Made by a program: the position numbers and the translations under genes
Notes under the pieces: model-generated
What the model saw: the letters and a program-made list of their open reading frames with translations, nothing else
Told to the model about the DNA's origin: nothing
Databases searched by the model: none
Shown: positions 13,945-20,964 of the stretch, piece after piece
Numbering within the stretch: position 1 is the first letter of the stretch
How the letters are laid out: each line of letters opens with the position of its first letter
NCBI GenBank assembly: GCA_044222475.1
Contig: JBGANF010000137.1
Span: forward strand, 1 to 20,964
From: Polyangiaceae bacterium
GTDB taxonomy: Bacteria; Myxococcota_A; Polyangia; Polyangiales; Polyangiaceae
Length of the DNA: 20,964 nucleotides
Direction: 5' to 3'

Positions 13945-15966
13945 ATGGAAGGCTCTGCCCCCAAGACCTTCGACGCGATCGCGCTCTCCCCAGAGCTCCG
14001 CCGCGCGATCGACGCCATGGGATACGTCCACCCGACCCCCGTCCAGCTCGCCGTCTTCGAGCCCGCGGTCCAGGGTAAAAACCTCGTCGTCCAGGCGCGC
14101 ACCGGAACCGGCAAGACCGCAGCCTTCGGGCTCCCTCTGCTCGACCAGCTCGTGAAGCGCGGCACGGCCGCCGTCCAGGCGCTCATCCTGACGCCCACGC
14201 GCGAGCTGGCGCTGCAGGTCTCGCGTGAGATCGAGAAGCTCGGCGAGTTCCGCGGCATCCGCATCATCGCCATCTACGGCGGCGCCGCGATGGGGCCCCA
14301 GGTGGACGCCCTGACCGGCGGCGCGCAGATCGTCGTCGGGACTCCCGGCCGCGTGCTCGACCACATCCGGCGCGGAACTCTGAAGACCGACCAGATCCGC
14401 ACCTTCGTCCTGGACGAAGCGGACGAGATGCTCTCGATGGGCTTCGCCAAGGAGCTCCACGCGATCGCGGAGTCGCTCCCGAAGGAGCGCCAGGGTCTGT
14501 TCTTCAGCGCGACGATCCCGCCGGACATCGAGCGCATGGCGAAGGCGCAGCTCAAGGATCCCGAGTTCGTCACCCTCTCGAGCGACCAAATCGGCGCGCT
14601 CGAGATCCAGCACTTCGTCTACATCATCCCAGGTGGGGACAAGCGCGACGCGATCTTCCGCGTGCTCGAGGTCGAAGACCCCGAGAGCGCGATCCTCTTC
14701 TGCAACACCAAAGACGAGACCGAGCGCCTCGCCGAGTACCTGAAGAACCGCGGCTACGACGCCGACTGGCTCAACGGCGACCTCGAGCAGAAGGAGCGCG
14801 AGCGCGTCATGTCGGCGACGCGCGAGGGAAAGCTGCGCTTCCTCGTCGCGACCGACGTCGCCGCCCGCGGCATCGACATCTCGCACCTCACCCACGTGAT
14901 CAACGCCGACTTCCCCGAGTCGGCCGAGAACTACGTGCACCGCACCGGACGCACCGGTCGCGCGGGGCGCACCGGGACCGCGATCAGCATCGTGGGCCCC
15001 AAGGAGATGGGCAGCCTCTACATGATGCGGCTGACCTACAAGATTCGGCCGATCGAGAAGCACCTCCCGTCCAAGCAGGAGCTGAAGACGCGCGAAGAGG
15101 CGGACCTCGTCCAGATGTTCGTCGACGCGTACTCGTCGCGTGAGCCCCACCCCGAGGATCTCGCGCTCGCGCGGCGGCTCCTCACCCACCCGGCGTCGGA
15201 GCACGTGCTCGCCGGCCTCATCCGCGATCACCTCGGCGCGCGGCCCGATGCCCAGGCGACCGCAGCCGAAGCGCGGCGCGCGCGGAACCCCGAGCCGGCG
15301 GCGCTCCCCGTCGCGCTGCCCGCGACGCGACCGGAGTCACGACCCGAGACGAAGCGCGAGGTGCCGGTGGCGCGCGGCGATCGCAAGCGCGCACCCATGC
15401 CGACGCTCCGGTCGACGCGCACCGCGCGCAAGGGCGGCGGCGGCGTGCCGCACGCCACCTACACCGACTGGGAGCCGCCGGAGGAGTCCGACGACGACAA
15501 GCCGATCCTCGAGGGAGGGTCGGCCATGCCGAGCTTCACCGTGGAGGACGTGCCGTTCTCGTCGGAGCCGCCGACGCTCAAGCGTCCGCTCAAGGCCCCA
15601 CCGGCGCGCGACTCCGCGCCGCGCCAGCCGCGCGAGGCGCGCGAGCCGCGCGAGCCGCGCGAGGGTGGCAGCGACGACGCCGACGCAGGCTTCGTCCAGA
15701 TCTTCCTGAACGTCGGCCGGCGCGACGGCGTCAAGACGAGCGACCTCCTCGGGCTGCTCGAGAAGGGCTCGATCGGTCGCGACCAAGCTGGGCGCGTGCG
15801 AATCCGCGATCGAGTGTCGTTCGTGGGCGTGCGCCCGGAAGACCTCGAGCGGGCCATCGCCGCGTTCGCCGGAGCGACCTTCGGCGGCCGGTCGGTCATC
15901 GCCGAGAAAGCCAAAGCAAAGCCCGAGAAGCCGGCCAAACCCGGCGAGCCGGACGCCAAGGCCTGA
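13945..15966 (+). CDS. deaD: DEAD-box RNA helicase, DeaD/CsdA-like, with C-terminal DbpA-type RNA-binding domain
   Basis: Q motif (MGY..PTPVQ), ARTGTGKT, PTRELA, TPGR, DEAD, SAT, ARGID and HRTGRTGR. C-terminal IFLNVGRRDGV...GRVRIRDRVSFV. GAGAGG RBS before ATG 13945. Confidence 0.93.
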   Translation: MEGSAPKTFDAIALSPELRRAIDAMGYVHPTPVQLAVFEPAVQGKNLVVQARTGTGKTAAFGLPLLDQLVKRGTAAVQALILTPTRELALQVSREIEKLGEFRGIRIIAIYGGAAMGPQVDALTGGAQIVVGTPGRVLDHIRRGTLKTDQIRTFVLDEADEMLSMGFAKELHAIAESLPKERQGLFFSATIPPDIERMAKAQLKDPEFVTLSSDQIGALEIQHFVYIIPGGDKRDAIFRVLEVEDPESAILFCNTKDETERLAEYLKNRGYDADWLNGDLEQKERERVMSATREGKLRFLVATDVAARGIDISHLTHVINADFPESAENYVHRTGRTGRAGRTGTAISIVGPKEMGSLYMMRLTYKIRPIEKHLPSKQELKTREEADLVQMFVDAYSSREPHPEDLALARRLLTHPASEHVLAGLIRDHLGARPDAQATAAEARRARNPEPAALPVALPATRPESRPETKREVPVARGDRKRAPMPTLRSTRTARKGGGGVPHATYTDWEPPEESDDDKPILEGGSAMPSFTVEDVPFSSEPPTLKRPLKAPPARDSAPRQPREAREPREPREGGSDDADAGFVQIFLNVGRRDGVKTSDLLGLLEKGSIGRDQAGRVRIRDRVSFVGVRPEDLERAIAAFAGATFGGRSVIAEKAKAKPEKPAKPGEPDAKA

Positions 15967-16037
15967 GAAGCGCCTCGGAAGGAGCGGCACGCGGAAAAAT
16001 GCAGTCGGGGCGCACCCGCGAATCTAGCGGCGCCCCA

Positions 16038-16067
16038 TTGAGCCGTGACCCTTCGCTGTCGTATTCT
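16038..16067 (+). promoter_or_regulatory. Putative sigma70 promoter, probably giving a leaderless transcript
   Basis: TTGAGC (16038-16043)-N18-TATTCT (16062-16067), 8 nt before ATG 16076. No Shine-Dalgarno sequence. Confidence 0.45.
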
Positions 16068-16075
16068 TGAGCGTC

Positions 16076-17629
16076 ATGAGTAGTGCTGCCGTTGCTCACG
16101 CCCGTGGGCCCTCCGCGCCCCAAGGCGCCGCCGTACCGACCCTCCGCCAGCTCCTCGAAGCGCGACGAAAAGAGAACCAGCGGTTCTCGCTCGACGAAGC
16201 GATCGCCATCGCCGTCCCGCTTTGCCTCGACCTCAAGATTCGCCATGACAAGGGCGAGCGAGTCCTCGTGCATCCGAGCTGCATCGCGCCCGGAGCCGAC
16301 GGCTTCGCGCGGGTCAACGCGGCGCTCGCGACGGCTCCAGCCAACGCTCACGACCGCGCCTGCATCGCGCCCGAGCTCCAGCAGACCCTCGCCCCCGGCG
16401 ACGCGCGGGCGAGCGTCTTTGCCATCGGCGCGATCCTCTACGAGCTCGTCACGGGAACCCACATCGGACCGGGCATGCGGCGCCCCAAGGAGATCGATCC
16501 GAGCATCCCCGACTCGTTCGAGGCGTTGCTCGCCAAGGCGCTCGTCGGCGACCCCGCGCACCGGCCCGACGATCTCGGTGCGCTCGCGAGCGCGATGCAC
16601 CACCTCGCGCCGAAGAAGAGCATCCCGCCGCCCGCCGCCGACGAGTCGCGCCTCGATCACACCGAGAGCTTCGACGTCGACATCCGGCTCTCGATGCTGC
16701 CTCCGTCCGAGGTCGCGCCGAGCCCGGAGATCCCGCGCCCGGCCGCGCTTCCCGGGACGTCGATGCCGGGCGTCGTCGCCGCGCCGACCTCCGGCCGATC
16801 GGCGAACGATCCGACGACCCGCCTCGCCGCTCTGAAGGAGCGACTCGAGAGCGATCCCCGCCCGCGCTACGTCGTGAGCAAGGACAAGATGGATCACGGC
16901 CCGTTCAACGCGGTCGAGCTCCTGCAGCAGATCATGTCGAACTCGTTCCTCGGCGAGCACGGATTGCGCGACGAGATCTCCGGTCAGTCGAAGCCGATCA
17001 AGGAGTGGGAAGAGTTCGCGCCGTTCGCCGAGCAGACCGCGATCAAGCGCGAGATCGTCGAAGAGAAGAAGGCGATCTCCGCGTCGGCCGAGCAAGAGAA
17101 GAAGGCCGGCATCGCGAAGTACGCGTTCGGCATCGCCGCGGTCATCGGCGTCCTCGCGATCGGCGGCGTCTTCATCCTGAAGGCCGTCGGTTCACGCAAC
17201 GACACCGTCACCATCGGTGACGACAAGGGCGGCTTCCTCGTCGACCCCGCCGGCAGCATCAAGGGCGCGAAAAAGCCGGTCGCGATGGGCGGCGGCGGCG
17301 GCGGCGGCGGCTACGGCGGCCAGAGCTACGAGGCCGCGTGGGCCAAGGCCGAGCAGCACGTCGAGGTCGGCGGCTCCGGTGGCGGTCGTCACTTGTCGCA
17401 AGACGAGCTCGGCGCGCCGATGAAGAACGCGAGCTTCATCAGCGGGTGCGGCGCACCCGACAGCATGAAGGTCAAGGTCATGGTCGCGGTGCAGAACGGG
17501 CGCGCGGTCGGCGTGAGCGTGTACACCACGCCGCCGAACCCCGGTGTTCAGAGCTGCGTCGCTGGCTTCGTGCGCGGAATCACGTGGCCGGCCAGCGCCG
17601 ACATGGACTCCGTCATCACGAACTACTGA
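16076..17629 (+). CDS. Membrane protein: Ser/Thr-kinase C-lobe pseudokinase + GYF_2-like domain + TM + AgmX/PglI (TonB-C-like) domain
   Basis: Kinase C-lobe remnants (TLRQLL, IAPE, DARASVFAIGAILYELVTG, KALVGDPAHRP); YVVSKDKMDHGPFNAVELLQQI (GYF_2-like); TM YAFGIAAVIGVLAIGGVFIL; Gly-rich linker; two-Cys C-terminal domain (GC...VKVMVAVQNGRAVGVSV...SCVAGFVRGITWP). Confidence 0.8.
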   Translation: MSSAAVAHARGPSAPQGAAVPTLRQLLEARRKENQRFSLDEAIAIAVPLCLDLKIRHDKGERVLVHPSCIAPGADGFARVNAALATAPANAHDRACIAPELQQTLAPGDARASVFAIGAILYELVTGTHIGPGMRRPKEIDPSIPDSFEALLAKALVGDPAHRPDDLGALASAMHHLAPKKSIPPPAADESRLDHTESFDVDIRLSMLPPSEVAPSPEIPRPAALPGTSMPGVVAAPTSGRSANDPTTRLAALKERLESDPRPRYVVSKDKMDHGPFNAVELLQQIMSNSFLGEHGLRDEISGQSKPIKEWEEFAPFAEQTAIKREIVEEKKAISASAEQEKKAGIAKYAFGIAAVIGVLAIGGVFILKAVGSRNDTVTIGDDKGGFLVDPAGSIKGAKKPVAMGGGGGGGGYGGQSYEAAWAKAEQHVEVGGSGGGRHLSQDELGAPMKNASFISGCGAPDSMKVKVMVAVQNGRAVGVSVYTTPPNPGVQSCVAGFVRGITWPASADMDSVITNY

Positions 17630-17639
17630 TCGCGATCGA

Positions 17640-18080
17640 TCACTGGCCCGGCGGCTTCGGCACGCACGCGCCGGCGACGCACTGCGCGCCCGCGATGCAG
17701 TCGACCGCTGCGTTCTGGCAGGGGAACGCGCACTTTCCGTACTGCACGTTGCAGCGCGTGTAGAGACACGGCGAGTCGTCCTTGCAGGGCGTGGCGATCG
17801 CACCCGGGACGGCCATCGTCGCGGTCGGCGCGGCGGTCGCAGTCGGGTAGCCGGTCGCGGTCGGGTAGCCGGTCGCGGTCGGATAGCCGGTCGCCGTCGG
17901 ATAGCCGGTCGCGGTGGGGTAACCCGTGGCGGTCGGGTAGCCGGTCGCAGGCGGGTACGCCGTCGCGGTGGTCGCGGTGGGCGTCGTCGGCGTCGGAGCA
18001 GCGTCGTCTTTCTTGCACGCGACGGTCGCGACCGCGAGGGTGACGACGGACAACAGGGCGGTTCCAACGAGTTTCTTCAT
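17640..18080 (-). CDS. Small lipoprotein with PTATGY tandem repeats and an 8-Cys C-terminal domain
   Basis: GGAGG RBS; signal MKKLVGTALLSVVTLAVATVA-C; repeat stalk; then C-x5-C-x4-C-x6-C-x3-C-x6-C-x5-C-x4-C. Confidence 0.9.
   Translation of the reverse strand: MKKLVGTALLSVVTLAVATVACKKDDAAPTPTTPTATTATAYPPATGYPTATGYPTATGYPTATGYPTATGYPTATGYPTATAAPTATMAVPGAIATPCKDDSPCLYTRCNVQYGKCAFPCQNAAVDCIAGAQCVAGACVPKPPGQ
17835..17960 (-). repeat. Seven 18-bp tandem units encoding (G)YPTAT
   Basis: Plus-strand units such as GGTCGCGGTCGGGTAGCC, GGTCGCCGTCGGATAGCC and GGTCGCGGTGGGGTAACC. Differences among the six core units are synonymous. Confidence 0.92.
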
Positions 18081-18203
18081 GAGATTCCTCCGACGGCCGC
18101 GGCTGTGAGCCGTGCGAAGACTAGAGCTAGCCCGCTGGCCTCTCGATCGTCAACGAAAGTCGCATCGCATCGCTTACAGTGTTTGCTTCGCACCGTTCGA
18201 CGT

Positions 18204-18866
18204 ATGCGCCGCGCTTTCGCTTCAATCGTGCTCCTCGCACTCGCATGGGCCGCCTTCGCGTGCACCCGAGGTGATCCGCCGCGGTACCACGCCGAGGGCG
18301 TGAGCGACTCGATCGCTCCCCTCCCCGCCCCGCCGCCGCCGGCGTCCGGCCGCGCTGACGCCGGCGACGCGGACGCGGCACCGGACGTCTCGGCTCCCCC
18401 CGTCGACCCCGGGACGCTCCCGCAGACGCACGACAAGCCCGTCGCGTCGGGGCCCGCGTTCGAGGCGCGAGTTCGCGCGCTCTGGGACGCCATCGTGAAC
18501 GACGATCCCGAGCGCGCGATGCCGTTCTTCTTCCCGAAGAGCGCGTACGAGCAGACCAAGGCGATCGTCAACCCGGCGAGCGACTGGAAATGGCGATTGG
18601 TTGCAAACTACAAGCGTGACGTGCACGCCGCCCACCTCAAGCTGGGGCGCCAAGCGACCGCCGCGAAGTTCGTCGCGATCGACGTCCCCGACGAGCGCGC
18701 CCGCTGGGTCGAGCCCGGCGAGGAGGGCAACAAGACCGGGTACTTCAGGGTCTACGGGACGAAGATTCGCTACGAGCTCGACGGAGATCCGCGCGTGCTC
18801 GACGTCACGTCGCTCATCTCGTGGCGGGGCGAGTGGTACCTGGTGCACCTCTCCGGCTTCAAGTGA
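18204..18866 (+). CDS. Hypothetical lipoprotein
   Basis: Signal MRRAFASIVLLALAWAAFA-C, a Pro/DAG linker, then a compact domain (FEARVRALWDAIVNDDPERAMPFFFP...SLISWRGEWYLVHL). Confidence 0.85.
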   Translation: MRRAFASIVLLALAWAAFACTRGDPPRYHAEGVSDSIAPLPAPPPPASGRADAGDADAAPDVSAPPVDPGTLPQTHDKPVASGPAFEARVRALWDAIVNDDPERAMPFFFPKSAYEQTKAIVNPASDWKWRLVANYKRDVHAAHLKLGRQATAAKFVAIDVPDERARWVEPGEEGNKTGYFRVYGTKIRYELDGDPRVLDVTSLISWRGEWYLVHLSGFK

Positions 18867-18921
18867 GGGCGGGAGTAGCCGGGAACATCGGGGCGGCAAA
18901 GGGAGTTATGCTGCGAAGCCC

Positions 18922-20511
18922 ATGCATCGCCGCGACCTCCTCAAGCTCGCCACCGCCTTCGGCGCCGGCTCCCTCGCTTCCACGTTCGCCGCCGGCTGCG
19001 GCGGGCCGCAGGTCGTCGCCAAGGGCGGCCCGGTGCCCACCGTGACGGGCACGACGCCGCCTCCGCAGCCCGCCGCCGCGAAGATCGTGTACTTTGCACG
19101 CTTCGGCGTGACCGAGTCGCTGATCCGGGACACGCTCGCGGTCGCCCTCGCGAAGGGCGGCGACTACGCCGACGTCTACTTCCAGCACAAGGTCAGCTCG
19201 ACGCTCGCGCTCGAAGACGGCGACGTGAACCGCGCCTACGCGAACGTCGATCTCGGCGTCGGAGTGCGCGTCGTCAAAGGCGACCAGACCGGCTACGGCT
19301 ACACCGAGGAGCTCACCCTCGACGCGCTGAAGCGCGCCGCCGCCACCGCAGCGTCGATCGCCGACGGACCCTCGCGCGCCGCGCCGACGTCGTTCCGCGC
19401 CGACCCCGGCCCGGCCGGGACCTTCCCCGCCCGGTACGTGCTCGACCGCAGCTGGGACGACGTCTCCATCAAGGAGAAGCTGCCCCTCCTCGTCGGCCTC
19501 AACGAGCGCGCGCTCAAGAAGGACGCGCGCGTGAAGAAGGTCAGCGTGTGGCTCGTCGACGAGGCCGGAGCGGTGCTCGTCGCCGACTCGAACGGCCGCC
19601 TCGTCGAGGACATCCAGCCGATGACGATGCTGGGGCTCAACTGCACCGCCGAGGACAAAGGCAAGCGCGAGAGCAACGGCTACAACGTCGCCGGCCGCGA
19701 AGGGCTCGGCTTCTACTCGGTGGACCGCCTCGACCGCGTCGTGACGCGCGCCGTGGAGCGCACGTTGGTCCTGTTCGACGCCGTGCAACCTCCCGCCGGC
19801 GAGATGCCGATCGTGATGGCCGCCGGATCGAGCGGCATTCTCCTCCACGAGGCGATCGGCCACGGCATGGAGGCCGACTTCAACCGCAAGAACGTGTCGA
19901 TCTACTCCGACAAGATCGGGAAGATGATCGCGAAGCCCTTCGTGAACATCGTCGACGACGGCACGATCGACCGCGCGCGCGGCACGATCAACGTGGACGA
20001 CGAAGGCAACGTCGCCGAGAAGACGATGCTCGTCGAGAACGGCAAGCTCGCGACGTACATGCACGACTCGATCTCGGCGAAGCACTACGGCGTGAAGGCG
20101 ACAGGCAGCGGCCGGCGCGAGAGCTTCCGCTACGCACCGATGCCGCGCATGCGCGCGACGTACATGCTGAACGGTCCCCACACCAAGGACGAGATCATCA
20201 AGAGCATCCAGCACGGCATCTACTGCGACAACTTCACGAACGGCCAGGTGAAGATCGGCGCGGGCGATTTCACGTTCTACGTGAAGAACGGCTACCTCAT
20301 CGAAGACGGGAAGCTCACGCGCCCGATCAAGGACGTGAACATCATCGGCAACGGGCCGAAGGTCCTCGAGAAGATCGACATGGTGGCGGGCGACCTGGCG
20401 ATCGACGAGGGCGGATGGACGTGCGGAAAGGACGGGCAGAGCGTGCCGGTCTCGCAAGGCATGCCCACCGTCCGCGTGTCGTCCATCACCGTCGGCGGAA
20501 GGAAGGCCTGA
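18922..20511 (+). CDS. tldD: TldD-family metalloprotease with twin-arginine/lipoprotein signal
   Basis: HExxxH site LLHEAIGHGMEAD, DDEG, GSGRRES...PMPRM, and the C-terminal zinc-ligand motif CGKDGQSVPV. N-terminus MHRRDLLK...FAAGC. Confidence 0.95.
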   Translation: MHRRDLLKLATAFGAGSLASTFAAGCGGPQVVAKGGPVPTVTGTTPPPQPAAAKIVYFARFGVTESLIRDTLAVALAKGGDYADVYFQHKVSSTLALEDGDVNRAYANVDLGVGVRVVKGDQTGYGYTEELTLDALKRAAATAASIADGPSRAAPTSFRADPGPAGTFPARYVLDRSWDDVSIKEKLPLLVGLNERALKKDARVKKVSVWLVDEAGAVLVADSNGRLVEDIQPMTMLGLNCTAEDKGKRESNGYNVAGREGLGFYSVDRLDRVVTRAVERTLVLFDAVQPPAGEMPIVMAAGSSGILLHEAIGHGMEADFNRKNVSIYSDKIGKMIAKPFVNIVDDGTIDRARGTINVDDEGNVAEKTMLVENGKLATYMHDSISAKHYGVKATGSGRRESFRYAPMPRMRATYMLNGPHTKDEIIKSIQHGIYCDNFTNGQVKIGAGDFTFYVKNGYLIEDGKLTRPIKDVNIIGNGPKVLEKIDMVAGDLAIDEGGWTCGKDGQSVPVSQGMPTVRVSSITVGGRKA

Positions 20512-20513
20512 GC

Positions 20514-20964
20514 ATGGGAAGCGAGCTCCTCGAAGCAGCGCGCCGCGTCGTCGACTTGGCGTTGAAGGAAGGCGCGAAGGAAGCGCGCGCGAGCGCCTAC
20601 AAGAACCGCGACGTCGAGCTCCAGTGGCGCGACGGCCGAGTCGAGAAGGTCAGCGAGGCTACCTCCCACGGGGTTTCGTTCCAGCTCTGGGTCGACGGAC
20701 GGTACGTCGCGCTGGGCACGAGCGATCTCCGGCCCGAGGCGCTCGCGAAGTTCGTCGGTGACTCGGTGCAGATGGCGCGCGCGATCACGAGCGATCCGTT
20801 TCGCAGCCTGCCGGACAAAGCGCTCTACGCCGGCCGCTCGACGGCAAACCTCGACCTGGTCGATCGGTCGCTCGACGGGTTCGACGCCGACACGCGGCGC
20901 AAGATGGCCAAGGAGCTCGAGGACGCGGCCCGCGCGGTCAAGGGTGCGGAGGCGATCCTCAGCG
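20514..20964 (+). CDS. pmbA: TldE/PmbA-family protein, truncated by the window edge
   Basis: Not in the ORF track. ATG 20514 lies 2 nt after the tldD stop. MGSELLEAARRVVDLALKEGAKEARASAYKNRDVELQWRDGRVEKVSEATSHGVSFQLWVDGRY...TSDLRPEALAKFV...AR...DPFRSLPD fits the PmbA/TldD N-terminal pattern. The frame is open to the end of the window. Confidence 0.85.
   Translation, partial: MGSELLEAARRVVDLALKEGAKEARASAYKNRDVELQWRDGRVEKVSEATSHGVSFQLWVDGRYVALGTSDLRPEALAKFVGDSVQMARAITSDPFRSLPDKALYAGRSTANLDLVDRSLDGFDADTRRKMAKELEDAARAVKGAEAILS

Noticed and set aside
15280..15690. Extra domain in the DEAD-box helicase (includes REPREPRE)
   Set aside because: Low-complexity charged/Pro linker before the DbpA-type domain, which is common in DeaD-like helicases.
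17288..17311. (GGC)8 tract as a phase-variation switch
   Set aside because: It is an in-frame trinucleotide encoding a Gly linker, so slippage would not shift the frame.
17835..17960. CRISPR array (also considered for 1377-1550)
   Set aside because: The units are contiguous with no unique spacers, their lengths are multiples of 3 inside coding frames, and no cas genes are present.
18601..18921. Longer 636-aa TldD start
   Set aside because: It overlaps the upstream lipoprotein gene out of frame and would bury the twin-arginine signal. ATG 18922 fits better.

Overview
High-GC bacterial chromosome segment. Many lipoproteins with Asp-Ala-Gly/Asp-Gly-Gly and Pro-rich linkers, a GYF/TonB-C-like membrane protein and sigma54-like sites suggest a myxobacterium (Polyangiaceae/Labilithrix-like; inference). 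From left to right it holds: a hairpin-flanked, probably foreign islet (DUF559 endonuclease pseudogene plus an unknown gene); a minus-strand trio (unknown membrane protein, FKBP lipoprotein, EEPKA-repeat membrane protein); an L,D-transpeptidase, an MFS transporter, a penta-heme c-type cytochrome lipoprotein and a TPR protein with a degenerate zincin-like domain; a minus-strand run of polyprenyl diphosphate synthase, GbsR-type regulator and outer-membrane beta-barrel, preceded by a clear sigma70 promoter and an AT-rich palindrome; a truncated SDR-like protein, a small membrane protein and a DEAD-box helicase; a pseudokinase/GYF/TM/TonB-C-like protein, a PTATGY-repeat Cys-rich lipoprotein and an unknown lipoprotein; and a TldD carrying a Tat/lipoprotein signal followed by a signal-less TldE/PmbA (partial). 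No rRNA, tRNA, CRISPR array or transposase was recognised. All family calls come from reading motifs by eye; no database searches were run.
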